25,755 bases of DNA from a virus (Duplodnaviria > Caudoviricetes): positions 1-25,755 of the IMG/VR virus record IMGVR_UViG_3300024344_000113; one strand, written 5' to 3'. This document shows, in pieces, positions 17,447-24,170 of the stretch. Below the pieces are notes generated by a model, which was not told the origin of the DNA, searched no databases, and saw only the letters and a list, made by a program, of their open reading frames with translations. Position 1 is the stretch's first letter. The number at the start of each line of letters is the position of its first letter. The position numbers and the translations under genes are program-made.

Positions 17447-17917
17447 TTATTCTTCCTTTGTAACCTTTTTAGAAACTTTTTTCGCTGCTGTCGGAACCTT
17501 ATTCCCATTCTTCATTGTTCCTATCATTCCCATACCAGCTTTTCCAACACGATAGCCAAAAGAAGCACTAATACTAATATATATACAGTTAGCAAACCAA
17601 TCTGGTGTACTTTCATCTAAAAAAACGAATCCCTCTTTTACAGCATCTTGTGTCCACGGTAAAAAACATCCCGCCAACACTGCAATAAAAAAGATAGTCC
17701 ACGCTTCATCTTTCCATGAACCTCCCATTTGTTCCGTGAGAGATTTCTCCATGTCCAGTTCACCAGTGGCCTGCTTCTCATAAACTGTAGCCTCGGCTTT
17801 GGCTTTTGCTACCTTGATCTCAGTTTGGGCTTTCTTCTCTTCCATCTTGCCCTTGACCCAAGTACCAGCAATATCGCCAACCGAACTTAACAATCCTCCT
17901 ATTAATGGCAATGCCAT
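17447..17917 (-). CDS. Putative holin (GTA 3TM holin-like)
   Basis: 156 aa. Amphipathic N-terminus, SWKDEAWTI followed by hydrophobic segments, P.W, SASFGYR, basic C-terminal tail. Confidence 0.6.
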   Translation of the reverse strand: MALPLIGGLLSSVGDIAGTWVKGKMEEKKAQTEIKVAKAKAEATVYEKQATGELDMEKSLTEQMGGSWKDEAWTIFFIAVLAGCFLPWTQDAVKEGFVFLDESTPDWFANCIYISISASFGYRVGKAGMGMIGTMKNGNKVPTAAKKVSKKVTKEE

Positions 17918-17918
17918 A

Positions 17919-18080
17919 TTAGAGTATTCCTTTCTCCTTCAATATGAAAGATAGTACCGCCGCAGCAATACCTACAAAAATACATATAGGCTCATCGACT
18001 ACTATGCCAATGCCTATTACACCCACTCCTACGCCAGCGTAAGTTGAAGGTTCTTTCATTCTGCCTTTAATCCATTCCAT
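17919..18080 (-). CDS. Small two-TM membrane protein (holin-like), not in ORF track
   Basis: 53 aa MEWIKGRMKEPSTYAGVGVGVIGIGIVVDEPICIFVGIAAAVLSFILKEKGIL; GGGAG RBS; R.KEPST.AG motif. Confidence 0.75.
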   Translation of the reverse strand: MEWIKGRMKEPSTYAGVGVGVIGIGIVVDEPICIFVGIAAAVLSFILKEKGIL

Positions 18081-18091
18081 TATTTTTCTCC

Positions 18092-19552
18092 CTAATAAAA
18101 TTGACGAGCTTGTATTCGGTACATAGGTTCCTCATCTTCGGGGTCGCTGTCAAGTTTTATAAATCCCCCCTTACGATATCTTATAAGTGCCATGGACATA
18201 CTATCACAATAATCATCGTTATCCCCATTTGGAAACGCTACACACTCCTCAATGACATCTTCTGAAAATTTTTTATCCGGGGCCCACACCATACCACTCT
18301 CAAAAATAGGAGCCACCATATGCATCCTTGTATGTTTATCCCGTCCCTTACTCGGCGTATAATTAATTACAGGAATCCCCATCGTTCGTAATTCGTCCGT
18401 GAGCGGTGTACCACTAGCCTTCGCCTCAATAATCACCATATCGGGCTCCCAATACTTATATTCCTCTTTTGCCGTACTCTTCAACTCTGGAAAGTCCCAC
18501 CTTCCTTTTCGCGCATCTAATAAAATTATATGGTCTGGACCCCCCTCCTCGGGTTGAAATATTCCCCAGGTCGTAATTGCACTATAATCCGCCGTCTCTT
18601 TTTTCGAAAACGCCGTGTCATAACTCTGCATAATATAACTGACCGGTGGTACCGTTTTGCTTTCCCATACATTCCACCATTCCTTCTTAATAATCGCACC
18701 CTCTTCCGCCGTTGGATTTTGCTGCCACTGCGCATTCCATTTGGCCAAGGACAATGATGCCTTGACCTTGAGCAATTCTTCCTTCTTCCAGAACTCCGGC
18801 CACAATATATTGTCGCTCGGTAAAATAGCAGGAAACTCTATCATATCCCATTGATCCGACATAACATCAGACCCCTGTGCCTTAATCAATTTCCCTGTTA
18901 AATCTTTCAATGACCACCGGGTCATAACCACCACAATAGATCCCCCAGGTTGTAACCTTTGTCTCGGCCCAGATGTATACCATTCATACGCACTTTCCAT
19001 CGCCGTTTCCGACAATGCATCTTGTTCCGAATGCGGATCATCAATAATCAACAAATCCGCACCACGACCCGTGATCGCACCACCTACACCCGCTGCATAA
19101 TACTCACCGCCCTGTTCCGTTTCCCAACGGCCCGCGGCCTTGGAATCTACACGCAACTCCACGTCAGGAAAAATAGCTTTATATAAATCAAGCTCCATAA
19201 GATTCCTTACCTTTCTTCCAAAACGTACAGCCAGTTCCGCCGTATGTGTAGTTTGTATAATTTTTAGGGTAGGATTCTTACCTATTAACCATGCCGGTAA
19301 CAAATAACTAGCAAACTCAGACTTCGTATGTCGTGGTGGCATATTGACAATGATTCGTGAACCAGGGTTCGCGGCCAACTTTTCAAACTTTTGTGCTACC
19401 TTCTTATGATGATCGCCTTCAATAAACCCCTCATACACGTGTTTAACGAATGCCATAAAGTCATTTTGCGCTTTGGCTCTTATTACCAAGTTATTCTTAG
19501 CTTGCTCTAACGCTAAGACTTCACGTATCACTTCTTCCGGTGCATTGAACAT
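18092..19552 (-). CDS. terL: Terminase large subunit
   Basis: Walker A region VNMPPRHTKSE, Walker B LLIIDDPH, coupling motif VMTRW, nuclease residues SYDTAF, IIEAKASG, DDYCDS. Confidence 0.95.
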   Translation of the reverse strand: MFNAPEEVIREVLALEQAKNNLVIRAKAQNDFMAFVKHVYEGFIEGDHHKKVAQKFEKLAANPGSRIIVNMPPRHTKSEFASYLLPAWLIGKNPTLKIIQTTHTAELAVRFGRKVRNLMELDLYKAIFPDVELRVDSKAAGRWETEQGGEYYAAGVGGAITGRGADLLIIDDPHSEQDALSETAMESAYEWYTSGPRQRLQPGGSIVVVMTRWSLKDLTGKLIKAQGSDVMSDQWDMIEFPAILPSDNILWPEFWKKEELLKVKASLSLAKWNAQWQQNPTAEEGAIIKKEWWNVWESKTVPPVSYIMQSYDTAFSKKETADYSAITTWGIFQPEEGGPDHIILLDARKGRWDFPELKSTAKEEYKYWEPDMVIIEAKASGTPLTDELRTMGIPVINYTPSKGRDKHTRMHMVAPIFESGMVWAPDKKFSEDVIEECVAFPNGDNDDYCDSMSMALIRYRKGGFIKLDSDPEDEEPMYRIQARQFY

Positions 19553-19558
19553 GGAGGT

Positions 19559-19586
19559 ATTATACCTAAATTGAAATATATATCAA
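19559..19586 (-). promoter_or_regulatory. Sigma70-type promoter giving a probable leaderless terL mRNA
   Basis: Minus strand TTGATA-16 nt-TATAAT-6 nt-ATG; no Shine-Dalgarno sequence before the ATG. Confidence 0.65.
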
Positions 19587-19747
19587 ATCGTATGTGCAAC
19601 ACACTAGCTCGCTCCGCTCGCTAAGAGAAGCCGGGGTCTGTAACCCGCTGTGAGAGCCGATTACAGCCGTTATCTTTTTGCCTTACTACCTAAGTACCTA
19701 AGGGGTAGCAGGGGCTGGCGGGCTGTTTATGACCCGCCCCGACCCGA

Positions 19748-20056
19748 TTAAGAGGCGATTAGTTTTACCGTAGGTTTGGGAATTGCTCCTTTCGTATAAC
19801 ATTTATTATAACATTGAGCGGATATAGTTTTAGTCCGTGCAATTGTTAAAGCATTGTCAACTTCTTTGCGAACTAGTATGGTCGGTGCTTTTCTTGGTGC
19901 TTGGACTAAAACCTTTTGAGTCCAACCATAATCAAACATTTCGGCGTGACCCTTGGCAAGTTTACGAAGAAAGTCTTTAATTTCATTAGCTTCTTCTTTT
20001 AATTCTTTTTGTAGCTGTTCAATTTCGCTAAGTCTTTTTGCTGGATTATTAGTCAT
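19748..20056 (-). CDS. Hypothetical protein
   Basis: 102 aa, GAGGAG RBS, TAATG coupling, N-terminal coiled coil. Confidence 0.7.
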   Translation of the reverse strand: MTNNPAKRLSEIEQLQKELKEEANEIKDFLRKLAKGHAEMFDYGWTQKVLVQAPRKAPTILVRKEVDNALTIARTKTISAQCYNKCYTKGAIPKPTVKLIAS

Positions 20057-20202
20057 TAGTTGTTCTCCTCTAAATGTGGTTCTCTTAACTGTTCAACTAT
20101 TTCTAAAGCATTAGAAAGTTCTCCAATGTTACCATTAATTGCTTCTGATATAGCAAAATGTAACCATTCTAATTTTTCATAATCACTTAATTTTTTATTC
20201 AT
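20056..20202 (-). CDS. Small hypothetical protein
   Basis: Start reassigned to ATG 20202 behind a CAACTAAGGT leader; 48 aa MNKKLSDYEKLEWLHFAISEAING... Confidence 0.65.
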   Translation of the reverse strand: MNKKLSDYEKLEWLHFAISEAINGNIGELSNALEIVEQLREPHLEENN

Positions 20203-20251
20203 TTTATTTACCTTAGTTGGGGGCGAGGTATAAGCTCGCCCCTTGTTAGTA

Positions 20252-20587
20252 TTAAAGTTCTTTGCCACCACCATCGGCAATGAAGTCAGAAGCGTCTTTC
20301 TTATTAGTAAAGACAGCATCCTCTCTAGTAGTTTGGCGACCAAAGTTATCAACCTTGTGGTTGAACTTTTTGATTAACTCAACAAGAGTAATTTCCTCTG
20401 TGCCAAGCTCGCCTGCCATTTCAGTTACTAAAGTAAACTTGAAATTGTGTACTTTAGTAACGGCTGTATTTTGCCCCATCATAAAGCCAATACTCATTAG
20501 GCTTTTTTCTGAACCAGACATTTTTTCAACGTACTGAAAAAACTCCTCGTCAGTATAAGTAGCAACTAGGTCATTAGTTTTAAACAT
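20252..20587 (-). CDS. Hypothetical protein
   Basis: 111 aa, leader CAACTAAGGAAAGGA; followed by the hairpin GGGGCGAG/CTCGCCCC (20220-20242). Confidence 0.75.
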   Translation of the reverse strand: MFKTNDLVATYTDEEFFQYVEKMSGSEKSLMSIGFMMGQNTAVTKVHNFKFTLVTEMAGELGTEEITLVELIKKFNHKVDNFGRQTTREDAVFTNKKDASDFIADGGGKEL

Positions 20588-20647
20588 AGTTGTTATCCTT
20601 TCCTTAGTTGTTAGAGTTTAGCGTTATTGCTTGTCTCTAATATATAT

Positions 20648-20718
20648 ATTAGTATCATATGATAATAACTAATGCAAACAAAAAAGTAATTATTTTTAAA
20701 TTAATTGTATCATGTGAC
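20648..20718 (-). promoter_or_regulatory. Tandem promoter-like elements (TTGCAT-17-TACTAA; TGa-TACAAT) with palindrome TATCATATGATA
   Basis: Shares the TGATAC core with the elements at 21925-21952 and 23382-23410. Confidence 0.5.
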
Positions 20719-20735
20719 ATTTAAGCAACAGCCTA

Positions 20736-20751
20736 TGTTTCACGTGAAACA
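20736..20751. promoter_or_regulatory. parS: parS centromere-like site (ParB/Spo0J binding consensus)
   Basis: Exact 16-bp palindrome TGTTTCACGTGAAACA (extends to 18 bp, 20735-20752), identical to the widely conserved chromosomal parS consensus; intergenic. Confidence 0.8.
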
Positions 20752-20841
20752 TGCAAAATTTTTAGATTGTTAGCACCTGGGCCACGTGTAATATATATGT
20801 ATTGTTATTATATTATTATTGTCATGCTATTAAAGTTATAG

Positions 20842-20882
20842 CCCCGACCCGAATTCCCGACCCGATCCCGACCCGATCCCGA
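20842..20882. repeat. CCCGA pentamer array (copy 2), includes the 31-bp direct repeat
   Basis: acccgaattcccgacccgatcccgacccgat at 20847-20877 is identical to 22154-22184. Confidence 0.95.
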
Positions 20883-20912
20883 AAAAAAAGCCCCCGACAA
20901 TCGCGGGGGCTT
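20882..20912 (-). terminator. Rho-independent terminator
   Basis: Minus strand GCCCCCG-CGATTGT-CGGGGGC-TTTTTTTT, downstream of 20937..21587. Confidence 0.85.
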
Positions 20913-20936
20913 GGGGCTAGTGTATGGGGGCGCGGG

Positions 20937-21587
20937 CTAGTCTTTTAAAAAACCAACAACCGCCCGGCGGTTAGAGTTCGCGCATAGTTTACACACGGCG
21001 CAAGTAATACCTTTCTTTTTATCTTGCGCCGGACACATTGCAACGGGCAACCCGCCCGGGGTTTTCTTTATAGGTTTATCACCCACAACCACCGCGATCG
21101 GCAACCCGTGACGCGCCAAGCTATCCGCGTGCGCCGGATCGTTCGCGGATAGGTTAATCGTAAAGCCGTTCTCGTTCGCAAACGATATAAGCGCAATATT
21201 TTGGGGGGTGGCGGGTTTGTGTGTGTAAGTATAGCCGTTTTTTTTGTAGTTAGCTTTTACCAATTGCCCAAGCTTTACGGGGTCAATAGTTTCATTATCC
21301 GCCCCGCGGTTTGGTAGATCGCCGGCTTGATTGTGTCGCCATAGTTGGCCGGTCGGAAAGCGCGCGATTTTTTTCATGATTACAAGCCAGTCATTTTCGA
21401 ATTCAGTTTGCCAGCGGGTATTGATTCCGGTTTCTACTTCTTCCCATATCATGCGCGTTTTTCCTTTTTGCGCATAACAAATATTTTTTAATTTGCAACT
21501 ATCCGGACAGCTGGCGCGTTCCGTAGTAGTTACCGGAATGCGCCCAACTTTTTTATTGTTGCTAATTTCGGTTAATCTAATTTTCAT
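20937..21587 (-). CDS. Cys-rich Gp88-like phage protein (radical-SAM-like Cys motif)
   Basis: 216 aa. N.KVG.IP...SCPDSCKLKNICYA, WRHNQAGDL, YTYTH, INLSAN, C-terminal CPAQ...TCAVCKLCA. Confidence 0.6.
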   Translation of the reverse strand: MKIRLTEISNNKKVGRIPVTTTERASCPDSCKLKNICYAQKGKTRMIWEEVETGINTRWQTEFENDWLVIMKKIARFPTGQLWRHNQAGDLPNRGADNETIDPVKLGQLVKANYKKNGYTYTHKPATPQNIALISFANENGFTINLSANDPAHADSLARHGLPIAVVVGDKPIKKTPGGLPVAMCPAQDKKKGITCAVCKLCANSNRRAVVGFLKD

Positions 21588-21591
21588 TTTA

Positions 21592-21891
21592 TTACAGCCC
21601 TATATTAATGAAGTCATTAAAATTATTGCAATCATCCGCATCATCGAAATCATTACCATGATAAAGATTTTTTACATCTTTAAAACGTGCGCACTCTTCG
21701 GCCTTGCCGAAGCTGTCGACAAGATCAATAGTATACGCGTATTTTTCGAAGAAGTTAGCGCGTTGGTCTAGATCCAAAAAACTACAAGCCGTGTGTAGTT
21801 GGTTGACGGCTTGCGCTAATGATTCAACGCGTGAATCGGCAACTCCATTTTTTAGAAGTTCTTTTTTAAAGTCGTTGTACATTTTAGACAT
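21592..21891 (-). CDS. Hypothetical protein with acidic C-terminus
   Basis: 99 aa behind a CAACTAAGGA leader. Confidence 0.7.
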   Translation of the reverse strand: MSKMYNDFKKELLKNGVADSRVESLAQAVNQLHTACSFLDLDQRANFFEKYAYTIDLVDSFGKAEECARFKDVKNLYHGNDFDDADDCNNFNDFINIGL

Positions 21892-21924
21892 AACGTTTTT
21901 TCCTTAGTTGATTAATAATAATTA

Positions 21925-21952
21925 ATTGTATCATATGATTATAATGAATAAA
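21925..21952 (-). promoter_or_regulatory. Extended -10 promoter (TGa-TACAAT) overlapping palindrome ATCATATGAT
   Basis: Minus strand TTTATT-16-TACAAT with TG at -15/-14, upstream of 21891. Confidence 0.55.
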
Positions 21953-22021
21953 AGTTTTTTATGATTTATTTTAATATAAATATTAAACCCTGCCGGCAGC
22001 TGCCGGACGGCGCGCCCAGGC

Positions 22022-22579
22022 CTAAATATTTTTAAGATCTAATTTTTGATTTTTTTCCAGGGGCTTATTTAATTCCTGGTGGTCAATGTTACTATTGCTA
22101 TTCCAATTGTTGTCATTGCCCCCGACTCCCGACCCGATTGTCCCGAACCCCGAACCCGAATTCCCGACCCGATCCCGACCCGATGTCATCGCTCCGATCA
22201 GACCCGACCAACCTTCCCCCGACCATGCACAGGGGACAACTGTTCCCGAACCTGTGGTAGCCAGACCATGCTCCTTTAACTCCCTTCCATACCTTCCCTC
22301 AAACAAATATAGGTGGGGGGATAAGAGGGGGGTTACCAAGTAAAAGCTAACGCCTCCAGAACGGTAATAGGCGTAATTCCAACCCACTTGATGGGAACTA
22401 ATAGCAATTCGGTTAGTTTTTGTTACCTTTAGTTCGACCCAGAAAGAAAAACCATCAGCACATATATGTACGTCTGGAATACCTCCGCCGTAGCGATTTT
22501 CTATTCTAGTCGTGTTCCAATGTTTCGGCAGATTTTCCTTCAATCTGTTCCACATTAGACTCTCTGGTTGTTGAGTCAT
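22022..22579 (-). CDS. PD-(D/E)xK nuclease (VRR-NUC / Holliday-junction-resolvase-like)
   Basis: PES.MW...RIEN..GGGIPDV.....SFWVELK.......HQV.W.....SGG.SF.LV. Start reassigned to 22579; the C-terminal ~50 aa are translated repeat DNA. Confidence 0.75.
   Translation of the reverse strand: MTQQPESLMWNRLKENLPKHWNTTRIENRYGGGIPDVHICADGFSFWVELKVTKTNRIAISSHQVGWNYAYYRSGGVSFYLVTPLLSPHLYLFEGRYGRELKEHGLATTGSGTVVPCAWSGEGWSGLIGAMTSGRDRVGNSGSGFGTIGSGVGGNDNNWNSNSNIDHQELNKPLEKNQKLDLKNI
22119..22250. repeat. CCCGA pentamer array (copy 1) inside the nuclease 3' end
   Basis: About a dozen CCCGA/CCGA units; contains the 31-bp repeat at 22154-22184. Confidence 0.9.
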
Positions 22580-23084
22580 TGACTTCTGTGTACTCCGCAT
22601 CTACAAAAACTTGAGGATGATTTTTTCTTAATTCTTTCAGACGATTTTCTATCTCATCTCTGCTCATATTTTCAATTGCATGATAATGATTTGTTTCTCT
22701 TCTATCAATTGTTAAACCACCTAAAGCAGATCTAATTCTTTCGGCATTAATACTAGCAGAATATTGACCATTTTCTTCTGCAGATTTTGATAACTCAGAA
22801 AATCGTTTCAATTGACCTAAAAGAGTAACACCATATTTCTTTTCTCTCTCTTCTCTTAATTCTGTAATGTATTCTGTAATATGAGGAAACATTTTAGGAT
22901 TTAACAATTTACTTGCTTGTATTCTAGCAATTCCATTTGTATCAGAGTAACCCGCCTTACGGACACATTCTGCATTAGAATACGTTCCTTCCACATAATA
23001 TCTAGCAAACTCTTTTTGACGATTAGTTAGTTTACGATTATGTTCTTCTTCAATCTCTAATGCTTTTTTATCTAACTTACTCAT
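22506..23084 (-). CDS. terS: Terminase small subunit
   Basis: 192 aa. LTNRQKEFARYYV....SNAECVRKAGYS.....ASKLL HTH typical of TerS; SASINAE..R..LGGL; MSRDEIENRLKEL. Confidence 0.8.
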   Translation of the reverse strand: MSKLDKKALEIEEEHNRKLTNRQKEFARYYVEGTYSNAECVRKAGYSDTNGIARIQASKLLNPKMFPHITEYITELREEREKKYGVTLLGQLKRFSELSKSAEENGQYSASINAERIRSALGGLTIDRRETNHYHAIENMSRDEIENRLKELRKNHPQVFVDAEYTEVNDSTTRESNVEQIEGKSAETLEHD

Positions 23085-23156
23085 AGTCTTATATATACTA
23101 GCAAAAACAATAAAAGAAAAATAAAAAGTTAAAATTGTTTTTCACGTCGAACTATA

Positions 23157-23367
23157 AAGTGGTACGAAACACCCAATATTGGTACGAACTGTAACGAGTA
23201 GTGTAACGAACTCATCCATTGTCAATGTACCATGAGCAATGGTTACAGAACATTGCAAACTCACTCGTTGCACTTTTACACTTTTTCTCTCCCATATTTT
23301 CATTTTCAAACACAAAAATATATTTGACCCGTATATATAAAGCGCAAAAAAGTTTTTTGTACCACTT
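23157..23367. repeat. Direct and inverted short repeats in the divergent intergenic region (candidate origin/regulatory region)
   Basis: GGTACGAA x2 (23161, 23181), GTAACGA x2 (23191, 23203); inverted partners GTTACAG (23242), ACTCGTTGCAC (23263); 9-bp IR AAGTGGTAC/GTACCACTT (23157/23359). Confidence 0.55.
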
Positions 23368-23381
23368 GATATTAATAATGC

Positions 23382-23410
23382 TTGCACCCATATATACTAT
23401 GTGATACATT
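23382..23410 (+). promoter_or_regulatory. Sigma70-type early promoter
   Basis: TTGCAC-17 nt-TACATT with extended TG, followed by AGGGAG RBS and ATG 23436. Confidence 0.7.
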
Positions 23411-23435
23411 AAACTTAGAAAGGGAGAACTTTAAA

Positions 23436-23771
23436 ATGGAAGATTATATTAAACACACTATCTGGGGGGAGGCAGACAATATCCTTCCCATCGCACAAGG
23501 CATTCATTTGGTAACGACCCCATCGCATGGCGGTTACGTTTTATCAAAGGATCGCATCGAAGTCTTAAAATTTATGTTTCCGTGTGCCAAACCTTATAAA
23601 GGTGATGACCGTTATTGGGAAGAGGATTGTGATTGGGTGTATGTGGTAATGGCTTTTCCACAGCACTTTGATGATGACCTTGTACAATTGGCAACGAAAC
23701 AATATCAAATTAACATAGAACAAGAAACACCAATGTCTAAATGGCATGTAAGTCAAAAGGAGGAAGAATAA
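23436..23771 (+). CDS. Conserved phage/plasmid hypothetical protein (T.WG...GI..V.TPSHGG...WEEDCDW; DUF7007-like)
   Basis: 111 aa; start reassigned to ATG 23436 using the RBS and promoter. Confidence 0.7.
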   Translation: MEDYIKHTIWGEADNILPIAQGIHLVTTPSHGGYVLSKDRIEVLKFMFPCAKPYKGDDRYWEEDCDWVYVVMAFPQHFDDDLVQLATKQYQINIEQETPMSKWHVSQKEEE

Positions 23772-23950
23772 TGGGTAGAATGAGCGACTTAGTAATCGAG
23801 CATGAAGAACTAGTAGGCGAGGCTTTAAGTCAAGGCTTGCATACAAAAGATGAGATCGTAGCATATCTAATAGGAAGGCTAACCTATGTAGATGAAAATT
23901 ATGTAGCGGAACTATTAAAAACATTAGAGGAAGGAGAAAGATATGAGTAA
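23771..23950 (+). CDS. Small acidic hypothetical protein
   Basis: MGRMSDLVIE..., AGGAGG RBS, TAATG overlap. Confidence 0.7.
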   Translation: MGRMSDLVIEHEELVGEALSQGLHTKDEIVAYLIGRLTYVDENYVAELLKTLEEGERYE

Positions 23951-24170
23951 GAAATATTATTTTCTTGATTTAAATGCGTTGGTTGTAAGCGAAGAAGCTA
24001 TGACCACCATTAATAAAATGAATAATGAAGACACAAAAACATTTTTAAAAAAATTAGTAGATCGTGATCATATAGAAATTGTCAATGTGCAGGAAGCAGA
24101 TGATGACGATTTTGTAGACGACCAAACATCTATGATTGATAACTATTTAAAGGAGAAAGCAAATGCCTAA
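23943..24170 (+). CDS. Small acidic hypothetical protein
   Basis: 75 aa, AAGGAG RBS, overlaps both neighbours. Confidence 0.7.
   Translation: MSKKYYFLDLNALVVSEEAMTTINKMNNEDTKTFLKKLVDRDHIEIVNVQEADDDDFVDDQTSMIDNYLKEKANA

Noticed and set aside
3070-19186. Plus-strand ORFs in the track overlapping structural genes (e.g. 3070..3273, 7288..7605, 17175..17555, 18530..18757)
   Set aside because: Antisense shadows of well-supported minus-strand genes; no RBS and no recognisable motifs.
19607-19622. GCTCGCTCCGCTCGCT resembling an AAV Rep-binding element
   Set aside because: Short low-complexity similarity with no HUH Rep gene in the window; kept only as part of the candidate terminal region.
20779-20794. 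Second CACGTG near parS, and TTTTCACGTCGAAC at ~23139
   Set aside because: Too many mismatches to the parS consensus to call.
20842-22250. CCCGA repeat arrays as a CRISPR array
   Set aside because: Units are 5-6 nt, irregular and lack unique 25-45 nt spacers; no cas genes in the window.
22079-22343. Pro-rich plus-strand ORFs (PDPIVPNPEPE...)
   Set aside because: Products of translating the CCCGA array; antisense to the nuclease.
23142-23409. ORFs 23142..23387, 23212..23409 and 23219..23404
   Set aside because: Mutually overlapping, lack an RBS, and cover a repeat/promoter-rich divergent intergenic region.
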